A DNA stretch of 24,258 bases from Candidatus Hydrogenedentota bacterium (GTDB lineage: Bacteria; Hydrogenedentota; Hydrogenedentia; Hydrogenedentales; SLHB01): assembly GCA_034408725.1 (NCBI GenBank), contig JAWXCN010000013.1, forward strand, positions 1 to 24,258, in the 5' to 3' direction. The translations under genes were made by a program, and so were the position numbers. The number at the start of each line of letters is the position of its first letter. The stretch's first letter is position 1. The notes below the pieces were generated by a model. That model was not told the origin of the DNA and searched no databases. It saw only the letters and a program-made list of their open reading frames with translations. Shown here one piece after another: positions 1 through 8,540 of the stretch.

Positions 1-38
1 CCCATCCCCAATGCGTTCCCCACGCCGGTGAATTAAGT

Positions 39-68
39 TTGACTGTCTTCCCGCAATAATGTTAAGGT
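39..68 (+). promoter_or_regulatory. Putative sigma70 promoter of rpsA
   Basis: TTGACT (39-44), 18-nt spacer, TAAGGT (63-68) preceded by an extended -10 TGn (60-62); about 60 nt upstream of the start codon. Confidence 0.5.
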
Positions 69-127
69 GTCCTGTCTGTCTGGAAACAGGCAGAGATATC
101 CCTTTAAGGAGGTTCTTAAGAAGAACT

Positions 128-1864
128 ATGTCTGATCCAAACCAAAACACATCCGTCATTGACGGGGCAGACGCCGAACTCTCGATGGAAGAGATGGAAG
201 CGCTGTATGACCAGACCATGCAAAACTTCAAAGAAGGCGAAGTGGTGCGTGGCCGCATCGTCGGGCTGACCGACGATTTCGTGCTTGTCGACATTGGTTA
301 CAAGAGCGAGGGATCGATTCCAATCGACGAATTCCCGGATCGCTCGGCCATCGAGATCGGCTCCGAATTCGACATCTTTATCGAAGAACCGGAGGACGAC
401 GATGGCATGCCCGTGCTGTCGAAGGTCAAAGCGGACAAGATAAAGAATTGGACGCACATCCAGAAAATTTACGAGGACGACGGCGTCATCGAGGGCCGCA
501 TCGTCCGTCGCGTCAAGGGCGGCTTGAAAGTAGACATCGGTATCGACGCGTTCATGCCGGCGAGCCAGCTTACCTGGCGCCCAACCAGTGACTTGGACCG
601 GTATATCGGCCAGTCAATGGATTTGAAAATTATCAAACTGACCAAACGCCGCCGCAACGTCGTCGTGAGCCGCCGCAAACTGCTCGAAGAGCAGCGCGCG
701 GGCGAAAAAAGCAAACTGCTTTCGACCATCGAGATCGGCAAAGTCATTCCCGGCGAAGTCAAAAACATCACCGATTTCGGCGCGTTCGTCGATGTCGGCG
801 GCATCGACGGCCTCCTCCACGTGACCGATATGTCCTGGGGCCGCGTTAAGCATCCGTCCCAGGTTGTGCAGGTGGGCGCGCGCATCGAAGTCATGGTGCT
901 CAGTTTTGACCCGCAATCCGAACGCATCAGCCTCGGTCTCAAGCAAAAGAGCGACAACCCCTGGAAAAGCGCATCGTCGCGCTACATCGTGGGCGGCGTC
1001 ATTCGCGGCAAGGTCGTCAGCATGACGGATTACGGCGCGTTTGTGCAGCTTGAGGACGGCATCGAAGGCATGGTCCACGTCAGCGAAATGAGTTGGACAC
1101 GCCGCGTGCGGCACCCCAACGAAGTCTTGCAACTCGACGAACATGTCGACGTCATGGTGCTCAGCGTGGACCCGCAGGCCGAAAAGATCGCGCTGGGTCT
1201 CAAGCAGACCCGCGCAAACCCGTGGCGCGAGATCGAAGGCCGGTATCCCGTCGGTTCTGTCGTCAAAGGCACCGTCCGCAACCTTACCGACTACGGCGCG
1301 TTTGTCGAAATCGAAGAAGGCATCGACGCCCTGCTGCACGTCAGCGATATTTCCTGGACCAAGAAAGTGTCGCATCCCAACGAGGCGCTTACGAAGGACC
1401 AGGAACTTGAGGTCAAAGTGCTCAGCATCGACCCGCAAAACGAAAAGATCAGCGTCGGTCTCAAGCAGCTCGAAAAAGACCCGTGGCAGGAAGTCATCGA
1501 TGCCCATCCGATTGGCTCGCACCTCCAGGCGGAGATTGCGAAGCTCGTCAGCTTCGGCGCGTTCGCGCGGCTCGAGAATGGCATCGAAGGCCTGATTCAT
1601 GTCAGCGAACTCTCGAAAGAGCGCGTGCAGAAACCGGAGGAAGTCTTGTCCGTCGGCGACAAGGTCTGGGCAAAGGTCATCAGCGTGGACTCGAACGAGC
1701 GCAAGATCGGCCTGAGCCTCCGCGAGTATCAGAAAGACCAGGAAGACGCCGTGACCGCCGGATACGCATCCAGCGGCTCGAAGGAAAATGTAAGTCTTGG
1801 CGACGTAGTAGGCGCGGCCCTCGAAAACGTACAGGTCACGCCGAGCGAGCCGGACCAGTCGTAG
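128..1864 (+). CDS. rpsA: 30S ribosomal protein S1
   Basis: Six S1 domains (VDIGYKSEG, NITDFGAFVDVGGIDGLLHVTDMSW, DYGAFVQLEDGIEGMVHVSEMSW, SFGAFARLENGIEGLIHVSELS). ATG at 128 preferred (AAGGAGG at 106-112, though distant) over the ORF-track start at 59. Confidence 0.98.
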   Translation: MSDPNQNTSVIDGADAELSMEEMEALYDQTMQNFKEGEVVRGRIVGLTDDFVLVDIGYKSEGSIPIDEFPDRSAIEIGSEFDIFIEEPEDDDGMPVLSKVKADKIKNWTHIQKIYEDDGVIEGRIVRRVKGGLKVDIGIDAFMPASQLTWRPTSDLDRYIGQSMDLKIIKLTKRRRNVVVSRRKLLEEQRAGEKSKLLSTIEIGKVIPGEVKNITDFGAFVDVGGIDGLLHVTDMSWGRVKHPSQVVQVGARIEVMVLSFDPQSERISLGLKQKSDNPWKSASSRYIVGGVIRGKVVSMTDYGAFVQLEDGIEGMVHVSEMSWTRRVRHPNEVLQLDEHVDVMVLSVDPQAEKIALGLKQTRANPWREIEGRYPVGSVVKGTVRNLTDYGAFVEIEEGIDALLHVSDISWTKKVSHPNEALTKDQELEVKVLSIDPQNEKISVGLKQLEKDPWQEVIDAHPIGSHLQAEIAKLVSFGAFARLENGIEGLIHVSELSKERVQKPEEVLSVGDKVWAKVISVDSNERKIGLSLREYQKDQEDAVTAGYASSGSKENVSLGDVVGAALENVQVTPSEPDQS

Positions 1865-1887
1865 TCGAGTAGACGATATCGACCCAC

Positions 1888-1927
1888 AACGGAGCGCTCG
1901 GAAAACCCGATGCGCTCCGTTTTTTTT
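1888..1927 (+). terminator. Rho-independent terminator after rpsA
   Basis: AACGGAGCGC-TCGG/loop AAAAC/CCGA-T-GCGCTCCGTT stem running into a T8 tract. Confidence 0.9.
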
Positions 1928-1951
1928 GGCTTTTATTCTTGTTCGCTGGCG

Positions 1952-1996
1952 TTGGTCCTCATAGGTCCTATTGGTCCCATGGGTCCCATCGGTACA
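1952..1996. repeat. Imperfect 9-bp tandem repeat (ATNGGTCCY, ~5 units)
   Basis: ttggtcctc ataggtcct attggtccc atgggtccc atcggtac read directly. Confidence 0.8.
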
Positions 1997-2051
1997 ATAC
2001 GCATAGGCGCGTGTCCCACTATAGGCCCCGCGTCATCAAGGAGAGGAAATC

Positions 2052-3911
2052 ATGGCTACTGTGAAATCGCCCAAACAGCACCCCAAAGCCGGCGTCACCA
2101 TGTCAGGCGCCGAGATGGTCATTCAGGTGCTTGCCGATGAGGGCGTGGACACCGTATTCGGCTACAGCGGCGGGGCGATCCTCCCCACGTATGACGCCAT
2201 CTTCAAATACAACGAGAACCGCGCGAAGAATGAGCACATCCGTCTTATCGTTCCCGCGAACGAACAGGGCGCGGGCTTTATGGCCGCGGGCTACGCGCGC
2301 GCCAGCGGCAAAGTCGGCGTGTTCGTCGTCACCTCCGGTCCCGGCGCGACCAATTCCGTCACGCCCATCCGTGATTGCATGGCGGACTCGATCCCGGTCG
2401 TCTTGATCTGCGGCCAGGTGCCGCGTGCGGCAATTGGCTCGGACGCGTTTCAGGAAGCCCCCGTGTTTAACATCATGAGCGCGTGCGCCAAGCACGTGTT
2501 CTTATTGAAAAATGAAAACGAGATTGAAGAAACCATCCGCACCGCGTTTCACATCGCGCGCACAGGCCGCCCGGGTCCCGTGGTCATCGATCTTCCGAAA
2601 GACGTCCAGTTGCACCAGGGCGCGTATAAAGGCGAAGGCATGCTGACGTTTCGCGGGTTCGACAAACGTCTCGCCGAAGCCAATGCCTCGCGCATCAATG
2701 CCGAAAAGGCCGCCGAGTTCTTCAAACAACTTTCCAATTCGGACCGCCCGCTGATCTACGCCGGTGGCGGCATCATCAACGGAAATGCCGCGGAAGACCT
2801 CCGCGCCTTTGCAAAAGAATTCCAGATTCCCGTGGTCACAACCCTCATGGGTCTCGGCAGCATTGACACGACCGACGATCTCTCGCTGCACATGCTCGGC
2901 ATGCACGGTGCCGCATACGCAAATTACGCAGTCGAAGACTGCGACATGCTCATCGCCATCGGCGCGCGGTTCGACGATCGCGTCGCGGGCAAGGTAAAAG
3001 AATTCGCGCCGAAAGCGCGCTACATCACGCACATCGACATCGACGCCGCCGAACTTGGCAAGGTTAAAAACTTTACATGGTCGCACGCGGGCGACGCGCG
3101 CCAAACGCTGAAGGACCTCTCCGAAGCCGGAATGAAACTGAAGTTCCGCAAAGACTACAAGGCGTGGATCGCGCACGTGACAAAACTCAAAAAAGACCAC
3201 GCGATGAGTTACAACAAAGAAACGGATCTCATCCAGCCGCAATACGTCATCGAAGTGTTGAACTCGATCACGAAAGGCGGCGCAGTCGTCTCGACCGGCG
3301 TCGGCCAACATCAAATGTGGGCCGCGCAATTCTTCGATTTCCAGGAACCGCGCTACTGGCTGACCTCGGGAAGCATGGGCACGATGGGCTTCGGCCTTCC
3401 CGCGGCAATCGGCGCGCAGTTCGCCTGCCCCGATAAAATCGTCATCGACGTCGACGGCGACGGCAGCCTTCGCATGAACCTCGGCGAACTCGAGACCGCT
3501 ACGACATACGACTGCCCGGTCAAGGTGCTCTTGCTTAACAACCTCGGCGACGGCATGGTCCGACAATGGCAAAAGACCTATTACGACAACCGGTTCTCCG
3601 GCAGCGACAAATCACTTCACCGGAAAGATTTCGTGAAGTGCGCGCAGTCCGACGGCTTCGAGTTTTCCGAACGCCTCAGCGACAAATCAAAGGTCAAGGA
3701 AACGCTCGAACGCTTCGTCAAATTCAAAGGCCCCGCGTTCCTCGAAGTCATGATCGATCAGGACGCCCACGTCTACCCAATGGTCGGCCCCGGCATGGGC
3801 TACAAGGAAATGGTGACCGGCCCCTACATCAAACAGCGAAAGCCCGAACTCACCGAGATCAAAAAAGACGAAGAACACATCGACCTCTCCAAGGTCCCCG
3901 AGTTGTTTTAA
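2052..3911 (+). CDS. ilvB: Acetolactate synthase (AHAS) large, catalytic subunit
   Basis: VFGYSGGAILP, ANEQGAGFMAAGYARASG, TSGPGATN, GSDAFQE, MLGMHG, TGVGQHQMW, SGSMGTMGFGLPAAIGA and TPP motif GDGS...NN; RBS GAGAGGA upstream. Confidence 0.96.
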   Translation: MATVKSPKQHPKAGVTMSGAEMVIQVLADEGVDTVFGYSGGAILPTYDAIFKYNENRAKNEHIRLIVPANEQGAGFMAAGYARASGKVGVFVVTSGPGATNSVTPIRDCMADSIPVVLICGQVPRAAIGSDAFQEAPVFNIMSACAKHVFLLKNENEIEETIRTAFHIARTGRPGPVVIDLPKDVQLHQGAYKGEGMLTFRGFDKRLAEANASRINAEKAAEFFKQLSNSDRPLIYAGGGIINGNAAEDLRAFAKEFQIPVVTTLMGLGSIDTTDDLSLHMLGMHGAAYANYAVEDCDMLIAIGARFDDRVAGKVKEFAPKARYITHIDIDAAELGKVKNFTWSHAGDARQTLKDLSEAGMKLKFRKDYKAWIAHVTKLKKDHAMSYNKETDLIQPQYVIEVLNSITKGGAVVSTGVGQHQMWAAQFFDFQEPRYWLTSGSMGTMGFGLPAAIGAQFACPDKIVIDVDGDGSLRMNLGELETATTYDCPVKVLLLNNLGDGMVRQWQKTYYDNRFSGSDKSLHRKDFVKCAQSDGFEFSERLSDKSKVKETLERFVKFKGPAFLEVMIDQDAHVYPMVGPGMGYKEMVTGPYIKQRKPELTEIKKDEEHIDLSKVPELF

Positions 3912-4100
3912 TCCTCGCGACTGTCGCCACGAGTGGCTTTACCGGGTACTGACAAACGCGCAAAGCGTAGCGTGTATTCGCATCTTCGTGCTCGGCATTC
4001 GTTTCTCCGTATATTTTTGTACGATGCAAACATTCGAGTAGCGAGTAACGATTGCGAATGTAGAGCATGTGAAGAATCCGCGCAATCCCAGTCTGCCATA

Positions 4101-4139
4101 CCCGATACCCGAATCCCGATACCCGGTACCCGAATCCCG
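4101..4139. repeat. Heptamer tandem repeat (CCCGATA/CCCGAAT, 5.5 units)
   Basis: cccgata cccgaat cccgata cccggta cccgaat cccg. Confidence 0.9.
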
Positions 4140-4143
4140 CCTT

Positions 4144-4192
4144 AAAAAGAGGTTGACGGCCGGGGTGAAGGAGCCAAGGTCCCCGGCCGTCA
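4144..4192 (-). terminator. Probable terminator of the pilin-like gene
   Basis: Perfect 12-bp stem TGACGGCCGGGG (4154-4165)/CCCCGGCCGTCA (4181-4192), 15-nt loop, followed on the minus strand by ACCTCTTTTT. Confidence 0.7.
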
Positions 4193-4219
4193 GGTGCGGT
4201 GTGGGTGGGTGCGAGAAAC

Positions 4220-4705
4220 TTAGTTCAGCGGAGGCGACGCCACGGTGACTGCGCTTCCGTCAGAGGTGAATCGAATCACGCCGGTCTCATCTACAAAGTA
4301 TTGGCGGTAACCGGTTTCGCCGGAGGAGGCTGGCGCTCCCGTGCAGGTGTATGCCGGGCTTGCCGTCGCGCTCCCCGAGGTGACTGCAACGGTGAACACG
4401 TACCCATGTTTCAGGCCAGCGCCGAGCACGGAATCCACGAACGATGGCGTACTGCCTGCACCGTCTGGATCGGCGAGTTGGGCGAGCGATCCGTAATCGC
4501 CCACGCCGTCGCTGTCCGTATCCACGAATCCGGCCGTCTGAAATGCTACCTGACCGGTGGAAATAGTCCGCATGCAACCCGAGGCGCTTGCCTCGTTGGC
4601 GCTCATGCGGGAGCGGAGAAGGTTGGGTATCGCGATCGCAGCGATCACGGCGATGATTGCGACTACAATCATGAGCTCGATTAGTGTGAACCCTGAACGC
4701 TGCAT
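4220..4705 (-). CDS. Type IV pilin-like protein (prepilin N-terminal cleavage/methylation motif)
   Basis: MQRSG|FTLIELMIVVAIIAVIAAIAIPNL class III signal with Glu5; short type IVa-like leader; AGGAAAGG RBS 8 nt upstream of ATG 4705. Confidence 0.92.
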   Translation of the reverse strand: MQRSGFTLIELMIVVAIIAVIAAIAIPNLLRSRMSANEASASGCMRTISTGQVAFQTAGFVDTDSDGVGDYGSLAQLADPDGAGSTPSFVDSVLGAGLKHGYVFTVAVTSGSATASPAYTCTGAPASSGETGYRQYFVDETGVIRFTSDGSAVTVASPPLN

Positions 4706-4788
4706 CGTTTGCACCTTTCCTGATTGGCCCGGTCCTACTCCGGGTCTCTATCCGCGTCCGCCACAACGGCGAACATCAAACCTGCAAG

Positions 4789-4803
4789 GCACAAAACGTG
4801 CCA
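4789..4803 (-). promoter_or_regulatory. sigma54 (-24/-12) promoter of the pilin-like gene
   Basis: Minus strand TGGCACGTTTTGTGC, exact GG-N10-GC spacing; sigma54 control of pilA is established in several phyla. Confidence 0.75.
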
Positions 4804-4913
4804 AGTGGCTGTAAAAGAAGTTAAATATCTGTTCAATATAGAGTTACAGGGCATCAGGAGTTGTGTACAAAACTGTGAAATGCGCCAAAATGCGACCAAA
4901 TGCAGATAGCGGC

Positions 4914-4926
4914 GACAATTTTTGTC
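4914..4926. promoter_or_regulatory. Candidate enhancer-binding-protein (PilR-like) upstream activator site
   Basis: Palindrome GACAA-TTT-TTGTC about 110-125 bp upstream of the -24 box, with an AT-rich tract (4811-4847) in between. Confidence 0.4.
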
Positions 4927-5011
4927 ATTTCCTTAACCCTCAGAACGCGCAACACTTCGTTCTCGCGACGGTAATCTTGTACAGTGTTGGGAAGCATGCG
5001 GGGGTCCAACA

Positions 5012-6580
5012 GTGGTTACGACAGCATTCATCGTGGTAGCAATGGTTTCCGTTTCCCGCGCTTTGTCCGCTCCTACTGCTATAGCTCCACCCGTTGCAGT
5101 CAAAGACCAGCGACCTGCACTTTCCATCGAGACTGTGGGCCAAGCCTTGGAAAACCAAGGGCCTTCCCACGTCTTCGATACGTTTGCGGGAAAGAATGAG
5201 GCCTTGCGCGGCGGGAATGGCAAGCATAGCGGCCTCTTTGTGGCCGATGGATTTCCAGTGGGCCTGTCTGCCGCCGAGCTTTTCGATGTTCCCTTCCCAT
5301 CCGATGGTCGTAACGCGTTTACCTGCTCGATCACCAGCCTGGACGCGTTTGCCCTGCGGCTCAAGCTGGACCTGTCGCTGCTGGGTCCAGACGACGAGGT
5401 CTTCGTCATCGACGCCACCGCGGCGCGCGCATTCGGTCCGTATACTCGATCAGACGTCAGCGAAGCCGGCGAATGGCTTGCCACGACGTTTGGCGACACC
5501 TGCGTCCTACTCGTCCGATCTCCTGACGCCGAGGCGCCGCTCCTTACGGTACTCGGGCTGTCCCACTTCTACGAAGACCTCGAAGCGCAACGCAAGGAGT
5601 TGGGCTGCAACAACGATATTGACTGTGACAACGACGACGCCATCGAGGAAAGCTCCACGGGCGTGGGAATGCTGATCGTGCCGCAGGGCGATTTCTTCCA
5701 GGCGCTGTGCAGCGGCGCGCTGATCAACAATGCGGACACACCGTCCTTCGAACCCTACTTCCTCACTTCATGGCACTGCGTGCCGGACGCTGCAGACGTG
5801 AACCAGGTCGAAGTTTTGTGGGATTGGCGTGCGGACTCCTGCGGCGGCGGCGATCCGTCAATCTCAGGCCTGCCACGCAGCGAAGGTAAAGAACTGCTGC
5901 GCACAAGCAGCTTCTACGACATTACCCTTATAGAACTAGACGACGTGCCGTCTGGCGACCTCGGCCGCGCATATCTCGGCTGGGAAACACGCGATCCCAT
6001 TGAAGAGGAAGAAGTCGTCACGATTCACTTTCCCGTAGCAAGTCCGATGAAGATCAGCTACGGAAATGTGAAGGAGATTGACCAGAACTCGGGAGGATTC
6101 ACGCGCCAGACCAAAGTACACTGGGAAGATGGCGTGACCGAGGGCGGCTCGTCCGGCGGGCCGCTCCTGCTGGCCGACGAGGACTACCGTATCGCGGGCA
6201 CCTTGAGCAATGGCCCGCAGCATTCGTGCTTATCCACCGGAGGCAACGTCGATTGGTATTCGTCCTTCCGTGATTTTTTGCCGCTCATCGAAGACTATCT
6301 AACGGGCGACGCGCCACCCATCGATCCGCCTACGGCGCCAACATCCTGCGCGGCGGAAAAGGCATTTCCGGGCAACGCGACGGTCCTGGATGCGCTTCGC
6401 ATTTTCCGCGACAACGGTCTGAAACAAACCGCAATCGGCAACACATTCATTGACTTCTATTACGACACCGCGCCAGTGACCGCGTCGGCAGTCGAGCATT
6501 CCGCCTCACTCCGCTGGCTCGTGCGCGGCGTCGCGCTTCCGGTGGCGATCGCCAGTAAAACACTCTGGGGCACGCCCTAG
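5012..6580 (+). CDS. Secreted trypsin-like serine protease (lysyl endopeptidase / Achromobacter protease I-like) with C-terminal CFI-box-CTERM-like domain
   Basis: Hydrophobic N-terminal signal and pro-region; CSGALINN, catalytic His (LTSWHC), Asp (YDITLIEL), Ser (GVTEGGSSGGP); Pro-rich linker then SCAAEKAF..LRIFRDNGL..GNTFIDFYY..AP. Start codon uncertain. Confidence 0.85.
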   Translation: MVTTAFIVVAMVSVSRALSAPTAIAPPVAVKDQRPALSIETVGQALENQGPSHVFDTFAGKNEALRGGNGKHSGLFVADGFPVGLSAAELFDVPFPSDGRNAFTCSITSLDAFALRLKLDLSLLGPDDEVFVIDATAARAFGPYTRSDVSEAGEWLATTFGDTCVLLVRSPDAEAPLLTVLGLSHFYEDLEAQRKELGCNNDIDCDNDDAIEESSTGVGMLIVPQGDFFQALCSGALINNADTPSFEPYFLTSWHCVPDAADVNQVEVLWDWRADSCGGGDPSISGLPRSEGKELLRTSSFYDITLIELDDVPSGDLGRAYLGWETRDPIEEEEVVTIHFPVASPMKISYGNVKEIDQNSGGFTRQTKVHWEDGVTEGGSSGGPLLLADEDYRIAGTLSNGPQHSCLSTGGNVDWYSSFRDFLPLIEDYLTGDAPPIDPPTAPTSCAAEKAFPGNATVLDALRIFRDNGLKQTAIGNTFIDFYYDTAPVTASAVEHSASLRWLVRGVALPVAIASKTLWGTP

Positions 6581-6582
6581 TC

Positions 6583-6636
6583 CTCGTTCCCAAGCCCCCA
6601 GCTTGGGAATGCCAAGCGCGAAGCTCCGGCTTCGCG
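6583..6636. repeat. REP-like double hairpin
   Basis: TTCCCAAGC-cccca-GCTTGGGAA (6587-6609) and CGCGAAGC-tccg-GCTTCGCG (6617-6636) right after the protease stop; no U-tract. A partial CTCGTTCCC match recurs at 15895. Confidence 0.65.
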
Positions 6637-6685
6637 TCCAGTCCTTCTCCGACAAGCAGCAAAGCCATTGGTCAAGCCGCCACGC

Positions 6686-6713
6686 TAAAGTTTTCCCCCA
6701 CCGCCGCCGATAC
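6686..6713 (+). promoter_or_regulatory. sigma28 (FliA/SigD) promoter of fliD-fliS
   Basis: TAAAGTTT-N12-GCCGATAC versus the consensus TAAAGTTT-N11-GCCGATAA, upstream of late flagellar genes. Confidence 0.85.
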
Positions 6714-6799
6714 TACCCTTGGCGCATGATGCGCCATCGGAGGGCAGTACCAATGTGGCGAGCGCGAGGGCCGCGGATGCGCCACGGCGGGGGCAACGT

Positions 6800-8521
6800 A
6801 TGAGCGGTTCATTCAGCATAGGCGGTCTCATCAGCGGCTTGAACTCGAACGAGATCATCAGCCAACTGATGTCCATCGAGCGCGCGCCGATTACGCGCAT
6901 GGAACAGAAACGCAGCCAGTTCGTCGCCCAGCGCGACGCGGTGCGCGACCTGCGCAACTCTCTGCTCACGCTACGCAACAGCGTGCAGGACTTCCGGCTT
7001 ACAGACCGTTTCAACCAGTTCCAATCGACCTCGAGCACGGCCACAGTGTTGAGCGCGGACATTTCCGGCGAGACTCCCGTGGTCGGTTCGTATGTATTGA
7101 ACGTCATCCAGCTTGCCAGCGCGACCAGCGCGAGCAGCAGCGCGAAGATCGGCGCGGCCATCAATCCGGCGGCGACCCTGAACGCCAGCGGCATCACGAG
7201 CGAGATTACCGCGGGCACATTCTCGATAAACGGCGTGCAACTCAACGTCGATCCGGCAACCGATTCGTTGAATGCGATCATCGGAGCTATCAACGGCAGC
7301 GGCGCGGGCGTCACCGCGACGTATGACGGCGTCACTGACCGCATTACCATCGCGAACACGACCGCCGGCGACACAAGCATTATCAACTTCGGCAACACGG
7401 GCGATACGAGCAACCTGCTCGAAGAGCTTGCTGTGAACAGCGCCACACAAATTACCAATCTCAACGGTTCGACCGAAGTCTCAAGCACCCGCAACCTCGG
7501 CGCGGTGGACCCCGGCGAGGTGCTCAACGCGAGCAGTTTCGGCGGAGGCGCCATCACGTCGGGCAGTTTCAAGGTCAACGGCGTCAGCATCGCCATCGAT
7601 TCCAGCGTGGATTCGCTCAGCGACGTGATTGGCCGGATCAACGACAGCGACGCGGGCGTCACCGCGAGCTACGACGCATCCACCGATTCGATTCGTGTCG
7701 TCAGCGATACGCTGGGTAGCCGAACGATTTCATTTCAGTCGGGCACGAGCAATTTTCTCGATGTTACGAATCTCACCTCGGCTACACAAAGCGCGGGCAA
7801 CGATTCGCAATTCACCGTCAACGGCGGCGCAACCCTGACACGCAACAGTAACGAAGTGGCCGATGTCGTGGGGGGCGTTACTTTGCGCCTGCTCAGCACG
7901 GGCACGAGCACCGTTGCAGTATCGGTTGATGATGACGCCATCGTCGAAGACGTGCAGGGACTGTTGAAGGCGTATAACGACAGCATCGCCGCAATCCGCA
8001 CACAAATCGGAACGGAAGGCAAACTCGCGGGCGACAGCACGTTCCGGCAAATCGAGGAATTTCTGCGCGGCAATATTTTTAACCAGGTATCCGGTATCAG
8101 CGGATCGCTGGCAACAATGCTCGACATTGGAATCAGCACCGGCGATAACTTTGATTCAGGCACGGTTTCTCCCATGGAACTCGATGAAGACACGTTCCGC
8201 GAAGCGTTGCGCACGAACCGCGCAAACGTCCGCGAGCTGTTCTCGAACGACGGCGAAAATGGCATTGCCGACGTGTTTTTCGCGTACCTCGAAGAGGCGA
8301 CTGCGTCCACGGGCTATCTCAACGCTCGCGTGAAGAGCAATGGCTCGATCGATCAGCAGATTCAGGACATCAACGACCGCATTGCGCGCATGGAAGACCG
8401 GCTCGTATCCAAAGAGCGGCGGTTGCGCGCGCAGTTCACACAACTCGAAACAATGGCCGCGCAATTTCAGCAACAGGGACAATCGTTGTCCGGACTTCAG
8501 AACGCGTTCCGATCCATTTAA
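6800..8521 (+). CDS. fliD: Flagellar filament capping protein (HAP2)
   Basis: N-terminal SIGGLISGLNSNEIISQLMSIE, VIQLASA motif, RNSNEVADVVGGVTLRL, C-terminal coiled coil KERRLRAQFTQLE; followed by fliS. Confidence 0.95.
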   Translation: MSGSFSIGGLISGLNSNEIISQLMSIERAPITRMEQKRSQFVAQRDAVRDLRNSLLTLRNSVQDFRLTDRFNQFQSTSSTATVLSADISGETPVVGSYVLNVIQLASATSASSSAKIGAAINPAATLNASGITSEITAGTFSINGVQLNVDPATDSLNAIIGAINGSGAGVTATYDGVTDRITIANTTAGDTSIINFGNTGDTSNLLEELAVNSATQITNLNGSTEVSSTRNLGAVDPGEVLNASSFGGGAITSGSFKVNGVSIAIDSSVDSLSDVIGRINDSDAGVTASYDASTDSIRVVSDTLGSRTISFQSGTSNFLDVTNLTSATQSAGNDSQFTVNGGATLTRNSNEVADVVGGVTLRLLSTGTSTVAVSVDDDAIVEDVQGLLKAYNDSIAAIRTQIGTEGKLAGDSTFRQIEEFLRGNIFNQVSGISGSLATMLDIGISTGDNFDSGTVSPMELDEDTFREALRTNRANVRELFSNDGENGIADVFFAYLEEATASTGYLNARVKSNGSIDQQIQDINDRIARMEDRLVSKERRLRAQFTQLETMAAQFQQQGQSLSGLQNAFRSI

Positions 8522-8540
8522 GACCAGCAGGAGGATTCGC

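Noticed and set aside
1888-2051. ilvB transcription attenuator or leader peptide (ORF 1910-2140)
   Set aside because: The hairpin directly follows the rpsA stop, the ORF starts inside it without an RBS, and its IGP repeats simply reflect the 9-mer array.
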